A DNA stretch of 64,000 bases, from assembly GCA_041737885.1 (NCBI GenBank), contig JBGSQW010000017.1, positions 3,481 to 67,480 on the forward strand. Direction: 5' to 3'. The position numbers and the translations under genes were made by a program. Origin of the DNA: Pyrinomonadaceae bacterium. Its GTDB lineage: Bacteria > Acidobacteriota > Blastocatellia > Pyrinomonadales > Pyrinomonadaceae. Position 1 is the first letter of the stretch. Each line of letters starts with the position of its first letter. The notes beneath the pieces were generated by a model. The model did no database searches. It was not told where the DNA came from and saw only the letters and a program-made list of their open reading frames with translations. Shown here piece after piece: positions 43,982 through 52,886 of this stretch.

Positions 43982-45124
43982 TTATGTCTGCTTTCGACCC
44001 ATCATATCAAGCCCGACAGCAGCGACGAGAATCGAGCCTTTGATGATGTCCTGCATGAAATCACGGACGTTTAGAAGCGACATTCCGTTGTCGAGACTCG
44101 CCATGATGAGGGCTCCGAGGCAGGCTCCGAAGATAGTTCCGCGGCCGCCCATCAGGCTGGCTCCGCCGATGACGCAGGCGGCGATCGCGTCGAGTTCCTT
44201 AAGCACACCGGCATCTGGAGCGGCACTGCCAACGCGGGCTGTAAAGATAAGGGCCGCGACACCAGTCAGGGCTCCGAGCAAAGCATAGACTTTTAGAATG
44301 TTCGCTTTGTTATTAATACCGGAAAGTCTGGCGGCGTCCGGATTCCCGCCGATAGCGTAGAGGTAGCGACCGAACGTGGTCGAATTGGTTAAAAACGCCC
44401 CAAATAACGCAACAACGACCAGGATCAAAACTGGGATCGGAACGCCCTGATACGCATTCATGACAATGATGAAGGCAATTATTCCGCCAATGGGAATGAT
44501 GGATTTGAGCAGTTCACCAGTATAATTCGCTTCACCGAGGCCGTAATCTTTTACCGAGCGGGCGTTGCGATACGCCATGAACAATACGAAAGCAATACCC
44601 ACCGCCGCGAGGATCCAGCCGAAGGTCATCGGTAAATTCTCATTACCGAACGCCTTAAAGGTCTCATTCGAGATCGGCACCGTGTTGCCGCCAAGCTGCC
44701 ATTTGACGGCCCCTCGCCAGGCGAGTAAGCCGCCGAGAGTCACGATAAAGGCGGGAATATTCAGATATGCCGTCAAAAATCCGTGAAAGACACCGATCAG
44801 AATGCCCACCGTGATCGCCAAAATGATCGCCGTCGGTAACCCGTATTCCCACACCGTCACCGTATATGCTGCGATACCGCCCGCAAATCCGAGCACCGAA
44901 CCAACCGACAGATCGATGTTGCCCGAAACGATCAGCATCAGCATCCCGACCGCCAGGATCGCGGTGACGGACATCTGCGTCATCAGGTTGGACAGATTCC
45001 TCGGCGTCAAAAAGATCGAGTCCGTCGCCCAATGAAAATAAGCCCAGATCAACCCCAGAACGGCGATCATGATATATGCCCGCAGGCTCGATGCTGTTAT
45101 TCGTGTCTTGTTTGTGTCGTCCAT
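43982..45124 (-). CDS. sugar ABC transporter permease (CUT2, XylH/GguB-like)
   Basis: About 10 TM. Pattern typical of BPD_transp_2 monosaccharide permeases ([17 protein letters not shown]). Confidence 0.8.
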   Translation of the reverse strand: MDDTNKTRITASSLRAYIMIAVLGLIWAYFHWATDSIFLTPRNLSNLMTQMSVTAILAVGMLMLIVSGNIDLSVGSVLGFAGGIAAYTVTVWEYGLPTAIILAITVGILIGVFHGFLTAYLNIPAFIVTLGGLLAWRGAVKWQLGGNTVPISNETFKAFGNENLPMTFGWILAAVGIAFVLFMAYRNARSVKDYGLGEANYTGELLKSIIPIGGIIAFIIVMNAYQGVPIPVLILVVVALFGAFLTNSTTFGRYLYAIGGNPDAARLSGINNKANILKVYALLGALTGVAALIFTARVGSAAPDAGVLKELDAIAACVIGGASLMGGRGTIFGACLGALIMASLDNGMSLLNVRDFMQDIIKGSILVAAVGLDMMGRKQT

Positions 45125-45148
45125 GAATATTTTTTCGGAATAAGTTAA

Positions 45149-45173
45149 AACTGATAACTAGGAACTGATAACT
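45149..45173. repeat. tandem 11-nt direct repeat AACTGATAACT x2 within an operon-internal gap
   Basis: Copies at 45149-45159 and 45163-45173 (14-bp period), inside the 100-nt gap between the ABC ATPase and permease genes. Confidence 0.5.
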
Positions 45174-45224
45174 CGTTTTCCGTTATAAGCCATAACTCTT
45201 CACCTATTCCGAAGCAAAAACTTT

Positions 45225-46736
45225 TTAGTGGTGCCCAGTCGCCGCGGCCATAACCTTTTCAGGTGTCGCCTCGCTGCGTGTAAATTCGCCCGTCATTTTA
45301 CCTTCGTGCAGTACGATCACGCGATCCGCGAGTCCCAAGACCTCGGGAAGTTCTGAGGAAACGAGCACGATCGCGAGGCCTGTCTGAGCAAGTTTATTGA
45401 TCTCGGCGTAGATCTCCTGTTTTGCTCCTACGTCGATGCCGCGTGTTGGCTCGTCGAGGAACAGAACTTTCGGATTGGTCAAAAGCCATTTTCCGAGTAC
45501 GACTTTTTGCTGATTGCCGCCCGAAAGTGTTCCGGTGACGGTGAGCGGTGAGTTTGCCTTGATATGAAGCGATTTCATCGGCCCGTTGGCCGCCATCGTC
45601 TCGCGTGTACGGTTGGTGACAAATCTGCCCGAAATTGAGCGGAGCCCTGCGAGAGTCATGTTATCGAGAATTGTCTGATCGAGGATGAGGCCAAAACGTT
45701 TGCGGTCCTCGGTTACGAATCCGACTCCGTGAGCAATTGCGTCAGCCGGATCGTTGATATTTACGGCTTTGCCCTCGATCTCGATCTCTCTGGAACGCTG
45801 TCCCTGCCAGGCACCAAATATCGCCATCAACAGCTCCGTTCTTCCTGCTCCCATTAATCCCGCAATTCCCAGAACCTCGCCTTTCTTTACGGAAAACGAG
45901 ACGTTATCGACGAGTTTTTTCTCGGGATTGTCGGGCGAATACGCCGTGAGATTCTTGATGCTCAGGGCGACGGCACCGTGCTCGTGATCCGCTTTCGGGA
46001 AAATATCGCCCACTTCACGCCCGACCATCGCAGCAATGACACCGTTTTTGTCGATGTCAGCAGCGTTGTGGGTCGAAACGGTCTTGCCGTCCCGCAGAAC
46101 AGTAATACGGTCGCTCATCTCGAAAACCTCATCGAGCTTGTGCGAGATATAGATCATCCCGACGCCGCGAGCGAGAAGATCTTTGAGAATTCCAAAGAGA
46201 GTCTCGACTTCGGATTCGGTCAATGCCGCAGTCGGCTCGTCAAGCACCAGTATTTTGGCGTCCTGAGACAATGCCTTTGCGATCTCAACCAGTTGCTGCT
46301 GGCCGATGCCGAGGCTGGCCACTTTAACTCGCGGATCGATCGGCAGACGCAGGTCGCGGAGCAGGTTTGAGGCTTTGTGATAAAGCTCAGACCAATTGAT
46401 GACGCCAAATTTCGAAGGTTCTTTGCCGAGAAAGATGTTCTCACCTACGGTCAACTCTTTAACGAGCGAGAGTTCCTGAAAGATGATCGCGATGCCCGCG
46501 GCCTCAGAGTCGCGAATTCCCTTGAACCGTCGCGGCTGATCATCGACCAAAATATCGCCTTCGAAGGTGCCTTCCGGATAAACTCCGGACAAAACCTTCA
46601 TCAGCGTTGATTTACCAGCACCGTTCTCGCCGACGAGCGAGTGAAATTCTCCCCCGTCGAGCGTAAAGCTCACGCCGTCGAGGGCACGGACGCCCGGGAA
46701 TTCCTTGACGATGTTTTTCATCTCAAGCAGCGGCAT
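45225..46736 (-). CDS. sugar ABC transporter ATP-binding protein (fused double NBD, XylG/GguA-like)
   Basis: Two Walker A/ABC signature sets (GENGAGKST ... LSGGNQQK). 503 aa. Confidence 0.85.
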   Translation of the reverse strand: MPLLEMKNIVKEFPGVRALDGVSFTLDGGEFHSLVGENGAGKSTLMKVLSGVYPEGTFEGDILVDDQPRRFKGIRDSEAAGIAIIFQELSLVKELTVGENIFLGKEPSKFGVINWSELYHKASNLLRDLRLPIDPRVKVASLGIGQQQLVEIAKALSQDAKILVLDEPTAALTESEVETLFGILKDLLARGVGMIYISHKLDEVFEMSDRITVLRDGKTVSTHNAADIDKNGVIAAMVGREVGDIFPKADHEHGAVALSIKNLTAYSPDNPEKKLVDNVSFSVKKGEVLGIAGLMGAGRTELLMAIFGAWQGQRSREIEIEGKAVNINDPADAIAHGVGFVTEDRKRFGLILDQTILDNMTLAGLRSISGRFVTNRTRETMAANGPMKSLHIKANSPLTVTGTLSGGNQQKVVLGKWLLTNPKVLFLDEPTRGIDVGAKQEIYAEINKLAQTGLAIVLVSSELPEVLGLADRVIVLHEGKMTGEFTRSEATPEKVMAAATGHH

Positions 46737-46801
46737 AAAGTGTTTCGTTCTAAGGTTTTCGAAAAACCAGAAGGGGTTTCTTCAATCTACCACAAATCGA
46801 C

Positions 46802-49800
46802 CTAATACAAATAAGCGGCTCGCATCGCGCGGCGGATCTCGTCATTCTGCATGAACCAATACCATACCTTCCCACTTCGGAGGTTTTCCGCGCTCAACAG
46901 TGAGATTCCCTGGTCGATCCCCAGCACGTCTGGCCCGACCCAGCCAGTGTGCGGGTTGAATGCGTCGGCAAAACCATACGGCCCGTACGCCTTGTCGCCA
47001 TATTCCGCTTTCATTTTGCGAAGCGTCGGTATCGTGATGTCCGGCGTAAACATTAGCGAACCTGCCGGAGCTGACGGAACGACGGAACCATCAGTTCGAT
47101 CGTGTCTCGGCGGAGCTCCCCACGCGAGATAACCGCCTTTTGAGTCAGATGCCGTCATTCCCCACATGTCGGGGCCGTATTTGGGAAATTCCTTGTTTAG
47201 CTCTTCGGAAAAGAATTTGTGCTGAGCACGGGTCGCGTTAATTGAATTATCAAAATAATTCAAAAACGGAGGCCGACGTTCCTGACGGTTTCGAAAGTCG
47301 ACAAACGCATGCGAATACTGATGTATAAACAAAGGCGTCGTCGAGCCGATCCAGCGGATGCCTTTATATTCATTCCACGGACGCTCGAACGCGTACCACG
47401 AGTTGGCCGGGATAGCGTTTGTCGGCGACCCGATCGCGAGCAGATATAGGATAGCTTCTTCGCTGTACCTCGCCCAGTAATTATTCAAAAATCCGGTCTC
47501 GGGCCGCTTGCCGTGATTTATCAGGTACGGATGGCCATTCTGCATGTACTTGAAATCGATACGGCGATAGATCTTGTCGGCCAAATCGACGATCGTCTTG
47601 TCTTCTTTAAAGCATTGCTTCGCGGTCAACACGCCGCCCATGAGCAACGCTGTATCGATGGTTGAGATCTCGCTATTGAACCGGCGTTCGCCCGTATTGT
47701 AATCGACAAAATGGTAAAACCACCCGCGATCGTGGAACGAGCGGTTCGCAAAAAATTCTAGCGTATTCCGTGTTCTTTCTTTTGCCTGATCACGAGTCAC
47801 CCAGCCCCGGTCGGCAGCGATACAATTTCCACTTAGAGCGAATCCTGATGCGGCGATGCTCGCGACATTATGGCTACGGTGATCGGGCTTTCGTTCGCTG
47901 CCGTCAGCGGGTGAGCGGTCTAGCGTCAAGCCGTTCGCCGGATTCGTGCGATCCCACAGATATCTAAATGCCCGCTTCGACATGTCCTCGAGAAACGCAT
48001 CGTCCTCAGGCTTGACTGCCGCCGTCGGGATCGGCTTTTCCGGTGCCGGGTCGAGAGCCACCTGGCTCTGCGGCTGCGAAGCGAGCGGTCCGAGTTTGGG
48101 ATCGACCACTTCGAAAATACTCTGCCCGCCGTTATCGCTGTTCGAACCAATGATCACCTGAAACTCACCCGGTTCTAAGACCGGTTTCAGATCACGGCCT
48201 AGGAACATCAGATCCTTTGGCGTCAGCGTAAATTCAACAGTTTGTGTTTGCCCGGGCTGGAGAGTGATGCGTTTGAAGCCCTTAAGCTCCTTAATAGGTC
48301 GCGTAACGCTTGCTGCCAGGTCGCTTATGTAAAGCTGAACGACCTCGTCACCTGCAACGCGGCCGCCGTTTGTGACCTCGATACTTGCGGTAACATTCTC
48401 CGTTGGCGAGATCTGAGTCTTGCTGAGCTTGACGGGCGAGAATCGAAAATTCGTGTAACTCAAACCGTACCCAAACGGGTAGAGCGGTGAATTACTGATG
48501 TCCAGATACTTCGACGAGTATTTATTCGATTCGAGCAGCGGACGACCGGTGCGTTTGTGGTTGTAGTAGATCGGGATCTGACCGACGGAACGCGGAAACG
48601 TCAGGGGCAATTTCCCACCAGGATTTGCATCGCCAAACAGCGTGTCAACGATCGCTGGCCCGGCCATCGTACCCGGAAACCACGCCAGCAATATCGAAGG
48701 CGAGTTCTCTGCCAGCCAGTTGATCGTAAGCGGTCGGCCTGTGATCAAAACTACAGCATAAGGCTTGCCGGTAGCGTGAACCTGTTTGATCAGATCGAGC
48801 TGTTTTCCGGGCAGATCGATGTTGCTTCGCGATGCCGCCTCACCGCTCATTCCCTGGCCTTCGCCGAGGACGAGAACGGTGTAATCAGAATCCTTCGCCG
48901 CATCGACCGCCCGCTTAAATTCGGCGTCGGAGCTGCAAGGAATATCGCAGCCCTGCTCGTAACGCATCTTGATCTGCGGATACTTCTCCTTGAGGGTTTC
49001 GACGACAGTGATCGGGTCGTTCGGCTTTCCGTCGCCGGCCCAGTTGCTGTTCATTTCGGCCTTGTTATTGGCAAGATTGCCGATGACGGCGATGGATTTG
49101 ATCGTCTTTTTGATCGGCAGATTCTGCTCTTCGTTTTTTAGCAGTACAAAGCTCTTCTCGGCCGCAAGCTTCGCGACCTGGCGATTTGCTTCGCTGAAAA
49201 CTTCTTTCTTCTCAAGCTCTTCGTCAGCCCAAGGCTTATCGAAAAGTCCGAGCCGGAATTTGATCCTGAGAACGTGCCGCACGGCTCCGTCGATGGTCGC
49301 CATCGAAACTTTCTTTTGCTTGATGAGGTCTTCGCCGTATTTGTTGTAGAAACGGCTGACCATTTCCATGTCAGTTCCGGCGTTCAGGCCGTACATAGCC
49401 GCGTCCGCCTCGGTCCGGGCGAGGCCGTGGAACATCAGTTCCATCACCGCCGTGTAATCGCTGACGACGAGGCCGTCGAATTTCCATTCGTCACGAAGCA
49501 CGTCTTTCAAAACAAACGGATTCCCCGTCGCCGGAAGGCCGTCGATGTCATTGAACGAGGTCATAAAAGAACCAACGCCCGCATCGACGGCGGCTTTGAA
49601 CGGCGGGAAATAATTCTCGCGAAGCGCACGCTCCGAGAGATCCGTTGTTGAATAATCACGCCCGGCCTCGGCCGCTCCGTAGCCGACCCAATGCTTTGCC
49701 GTCGCCAGAACCTTGTTGTTGGAGCTAATATCGCTGCCCTGAAAGCCGCGTACTCTGGCTGTCGCGATCTTGGAACCTAGAAAAACATCTTCCCCCGCAC

Positions 49801-50308
49801 CTTCGATGATCCTTCCCCAACGAGCATCGCGGGCGATGTCTAGCATCGGAGCAAATGTCCAATGAACACCAGCGGCACGAGCCTCCGCCGCGGCGACCGC
49901 TGCAGTTTTCTCCATCATCGCCAGATCCCAACTCGCCGCCTCACCAAGAGGCACGGGGAAAATCGTCCGGTAACCATGGATCACATCGAAACCAAGCAGG
50001 ATCGGTATCTTCAACCGCGACTCGAGAGCGGCACGCTGAAGTTCGTTAGTCATTTTTGCGCCGCGAACATTGAGCGTTGAGCCGAGCAGGCCTTTACGGG
50101 CGAGTTCGAGATGCTCCGGCCGGTATGTACCGTTCGAGTCGCCGTCAAGCTGCTGAAGCTGGCCGAGCTTTTCTGCAAGCGTCATCTGCGCGATTAGCTG
50201 ATTAATGCGACGTTCGACGGTTGGCCCGCTTCGCTGTGCCGGTGCGAAACTGGCAAAGAGTAAAACGGTGATAAAACTCAGGAAGACAATTTTTCTGCTA
50301 GATCTCAT
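46802..50308 (-). CDS. glycoside hydrolase family 3 beta-glucosidase fused to a C-terminal (alpha/alpha)6 'putative glucoamylase'/GH144-like domain
   Basis: N-terminal about 745 aa are BglX-like (KHWVGYGAAEAGRDY, VVSDY, FN3-like tail). After a Pro-rich linker, about 380 aa carry DRGWFYHFVDYNTGERR...STIDTALLMGG. Confidence 0.75.
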   Translation of the reverse strand: MRSSRKIVFLSFITVLLFASFAPAQRSGPTVERRINQLIAQMTLAEKLGQLQQLDGDSNGTYRPEHLELARKGLLGSTLNVRGAKMTNELQRAALESRLKIPILLGFDVIHGYRTIFPVPLGEAASWDLAMMEKTAAVAAAEARAAGVHWTFAPMLDIARDARWGRIIEGAGEDVFLGSKIATARVRGFQGSDISSNNKVLATAKHWVGYGAAEAGRDYSTTDLSERALRENYFPPFKAAVDAGVGSFMTSFNDIDGLPATGNPFVLKDVLRDEWKFDGLVVSDYTAVMELMFHGLARTEADAAMYGLNAGTDMEMVSRFYNKYGEDLIKQKKVSMATIDGAVRHVLRIKFRLGLFDKPWADEELEKKEVFSEANRQVAKLAAEKSFVLLKNEEQNLPIKKTIKSIAVIGNLANNKAEMNSNWAGDGKPNDPITVVETLKEKYPQIKMRYEQGCDIPCSSDAEFKRAVDAAKDSDYTVLVLGEGQGMSGEAASRSNIDLPGKQLDLIKQVHATGKPYAVVLITGRPLTINWLAENSPSILLAWFPGTMAGPAIVDTLFGDANPGGKLPLTFPRSVGQIPIYYNHKRTGRPLLESNKYSSKYLDISNSPLYPFGYGLSYTNFRFSPVKLSKTQISPTENVTASIEVTNGGRVAGDEVVQLYISDLAASVTRPIKELKGFKRITLQPGQTQTVEFTLTPKDLMFLGRDLKPVLEPGEFQVIIGSNSDNGGQSIFEVVDPKLGPLASQPQSQVALDPAPEKPIPTAAVKPEDDAFLEDMSKRAFRYLWDRTNPANGLTLDRSPADGSERKPDHRSHNVASIAASGFALSGNCIAADRGWVTRDQAKERTRNTLEFFANRSFHDRGWFYHFVDYNTGERRFNSEISTIDTALLMGGVLTAKQCFKEDKTIVDLADKIYRRIDFKYMQNGHPYLINHGKRPETGFLNNYWARYSEEAILYLLAIGSPTNAIPANSWYAFERPWNEYKGIRWIGSTTPLFIHQYSHAFVDFRNRQERRPPFLNYFDNSINATRAQHKFFSEELNKEFPKYGPDMWGMTASDSKGGYLAWGAPPRHDRTDGSVVPSAPAGSLMFTPDITIPTLRKMKAEYGDKAYGPYGFADAFNPHTGWVGPDVLGIDQGISLLSAENLRSGKVWYWFMQNDEIRRAMRAAYLY

Positions 50309-50335
50309 TTTCTTAACTTTCCTAAATGCAAATAC

Positions 50336-51208
50336 CTATGGCAAGGCGATCTCCGCGATCACTGGAAGGTGGTCCGACGCCCAAAGGCCACTCCATCGGT
50401 CCGACAACACCCCGTGCTCAAAAACCCTCACGCCATCGCGGACGAATATGTAATCGATCGTTCGGCCCGGTTCGAGTTCCTTGAACGCATTCCACGTCGA
50501 ATCGCCGCCAAAATGCCCGTTTTTGCTGATCGTCCTGGCATCGGCGATCTTAACGGCCGCAGTCCCGGCGGCCAGAGTTCGATATGCTTCGTTCTCGCGC
50601 TGAACATTAAAGTCGCCTGTCAGAACAAATGGTGATCGGCCGACTACTGTTTCTATCTTTTTCAATATCAACGACGCACTCTCAACCCTCGATCGCTGGC
50701 CGACATGGTCGAAATGCGTGTTAATCGCAAAGAACGTCTTTCCGGTATAACGATCCTTAAGCTTCGCCCACGTTACGATCCTGGTAATTGCCGCATCCCA
50801 GCTCTTACTGCCTGGAACATCCGGCGTTTCGGACAACCAGAACGTCTTATTTTCTATCATTTGAAAACGAGACTTTCTATAGAGTATCGCCGAGAATTCA
50901 CCGCCTTCTTTCCCATCACTCCGTCCAACGCCACACCACGCGAAATCCGGCGACAGCTTTTCGAGATCGCGAAGCTGAGTAAAGAGAGCTTCCTGAACGC
51001 CTACAATATCGGCTTTGTGAAAACGTATGACGTCCGCGACCTTCTGCTTTCGGTTCGGCCACGCATTGACGCCATCGCCCGGATTGTCGAATCTGATATT
51101 AAAGCTCATCACGCGCATCGAGCCTTTGGTCGACTGAGCTGCGGCAAAACCGCTTACGCCCAGTGCAATACTCACGCAAATAATGATTCGAACGATGGTG
51201 ATTCTCAT
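50336..51208 (-). CDS. endonuclease/exonuclease/phosphatase family protein (secreted)
   Basis: Signal peptide. MSFNIRFD, VGVQE, GDFN and SDHLPV motifs. Confidence 0.7.
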   Translation of the reverse strand: MRITIVRIIICVSIALGVSGFAAAQSTKGSMRVMSFNIRFDNPGDGVNAWPNRKQKVADVIRFHKADIVGVQEALFTQLRDLEKLSPDFAWCGVGRSDGKEGGEFSAILYRKSRFQMIENKTFWLSETPDVPGSKSWDAAITRIVTWAKLKDRYTGKTFFAINTHFDHVGQRSRVESASLILKKIETVVGRSPFVLTGDFNVQRENEAYRTLAAGTAAVKIADARTISKNGHFGGDSTWNAFKELEPGRTIDYIFVRDGVRVFEHGVLSDRWSGLWASDHLPVIAEIALP

Positions 51209-51255
51209 CTCAATTGTCTACCGAATGTCGACCCGACAGCTCCGACGTAAACGGG

Positions 51256-52791
51256 CTACGGCTTTTTCACTAGTTGCTTCGGAAACGCCGCTGGTTTCGC
51301 CTTGTCCTCACGCCGCAGGTTTTGCTGGCCCCAACGATTTGGTTTCAGTGGGATATACATCCCCGCGGTTTTTTCGAGAACGCCGTAAAGTTGCTCTCGC
51401 ATTTGGTTCACGATCTGTCGATGCTCCGCGCTGTTTATCAGATTTCGCGATTCCGCAGGGTCGGTTTGCAGATCGTAAAGTTCGTTAATGTCCCATAGCC
51501 CGTAATAGTTTATGTACTTGTATCGGCTGCCGCGTAGAGCGTGGATCGTCGGAGTCTGCGGAAAGGCATACTCCCAGTAATATTCGTAGAGCAAATTCTC
51601 TCGCCAGGTGAGTTTCTCGCCCCTAAGGAGCGGCACGTAACTCTGGCCGTCCATATGCGCTGGAGCCCGCATTCCAGCTAGTTCCAGTAGTGTAGGAGCA
51701 ATATCGATGTTCGCCACGACGTTTTCGACCTTTGAACCGGATTTAACCAGAGACGGCAGCTGCATTACGAGCGGCACGCGCATCGATTCTTCGTATGCGG
51801 TTCGTTTGTCTATCAGTCCGTGTTCTCCGAATGCGAAACCGTTGTCGCCCATAACCGCGATCAGCGTGTTTTCAAGAAGCCCTTTCTTGCGAAGTGTTTC
51901 GACGATCTGACCGATCCCTTCGTCCACCGACAATAACGTCTCAGCATACTGTTTGTAGTATTCCCCTACATCAAGCTTACTGTGGTAAGGAAAATCCACG
52001 CCGTGCCAGGAATTTCGCTGATTTCGCACCCACATCGGAGCGTCGATGACGTTTTCCGGATCCATTGTCATCGGCGGTACAAATTTCAATTTTTCATAAC
52101 GGCCCTTATGCCGTTCTGCGGGAATGAATTCAGCGTGAACAGCTTTATGCGACAAATACATCATGAAAGGCTTTTTGGCATTTCGCCCTTCGAGCCAATC
52201 GAGTGCAAAACTATTCAACTCGTCCGTTATGTAGCCTTTCTGGGGCACCTTCTTGCCGTTAACGTTCAAACCATCCCGGTGCGGCAGATAATGGCCCTGT
52301 CCTCGAAAAGATATCCAATGATCAAATCCCGGCCGAGGATCGTCGCTCTCACCGCCCATGTGCCATTTACCGATGAACGCAGTCTCGTACCCCGCCTTTT
52401 GCAAATACTGCGGGAAGAATGTGAGTCCTGGCGGCACGGGACTATCGTTGTCAACCACCTTGTGGCGATGGGCGTATTGCCCAGTCAGGATCGATGCGCG
52501 GGAAGGAGAACAAAGAGCGGTCGTAACGTAAGCATTTGGAAAATGAGCACCGCTGGCTGCGATCTTATCCATGTTCGGCGTTTGGATAAACTCTTGAGGT
52601 CCCAAAAATCCCATCGCGTCAAAACGCTGATCGTCGAGTAGAACAAAGATAATGTTGTACCGCTTCGCCCTCGGAATCGTTCTGAGCGGCTTAACGTCCG
52701 ACGCCGCAAGGGAGACTATCGGACTGCCGACGACAAAAATGGCGATCATCAGAGCAGAAAATCGGATCAGTTTTGATCTTTTTCCCAACAT
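51256..52791 (-). CDS. sulfatase (formylglycine-dependent, GlcNAc-6-sulfatase-like)
   Basis: ORF trimmed to MLGKRSKL (ATG 52791). CSPSRASILTG C-x-P-x-R motif and GKWHMG. Confidence 0.85.
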   Translation of the reverse strand: MLGKRSKLIRFSALMIAIFVVGSPIVSLAASDVKPLRTIPRAKRYNIIFVLLDDQRFDAMGFLGPQEFIQTPNMDKIAASGAHFPNAYVTTALCSPSRASILTGQYAHRHKVVDNDSPVPPGLTFFPQYLQKAGYETAFIGKWHMGGESDDPRPGFDHWISFRGQGHYLPHRDGLNVNGKKVPQKGYITDELNSFALDWLEGRNAKKPFMMYLSHKAVHAEFIPAERHKGRYEKLKFVPPMTMDPENVIDAPMWVRNQRNSWHGVDFPYHSKLDVGEYYKQYAETLLSVDEGIGQIVETLRKKGLLENTLIAVMGDNGFAFGEHGLIDKRTAYEESMRVPLVMQLPSLVKSGSKVENVVANIDIAPTLLELAGMRAPAHMDGQSYVPLLRGEKLTWRENLLYEYYWEYAFPQTPTIHALRGSRYKYINYYGLWDINELYDLQTDPAESRNLINSAEHRQIVNQMREQLYGVLEKTAGMYIPLKPNRWGQQNLRREDKAKPAAFPKQLVKKP

Positions 52792-52886
52792 TTTCCTTAT
52801 ACCCGAGATCGAAATACTAACGTAAACAAAAGGGCGTGGAAAGTAACCACGATCCACGCCCGATCCAATTGTGACAGATTGCTCAG

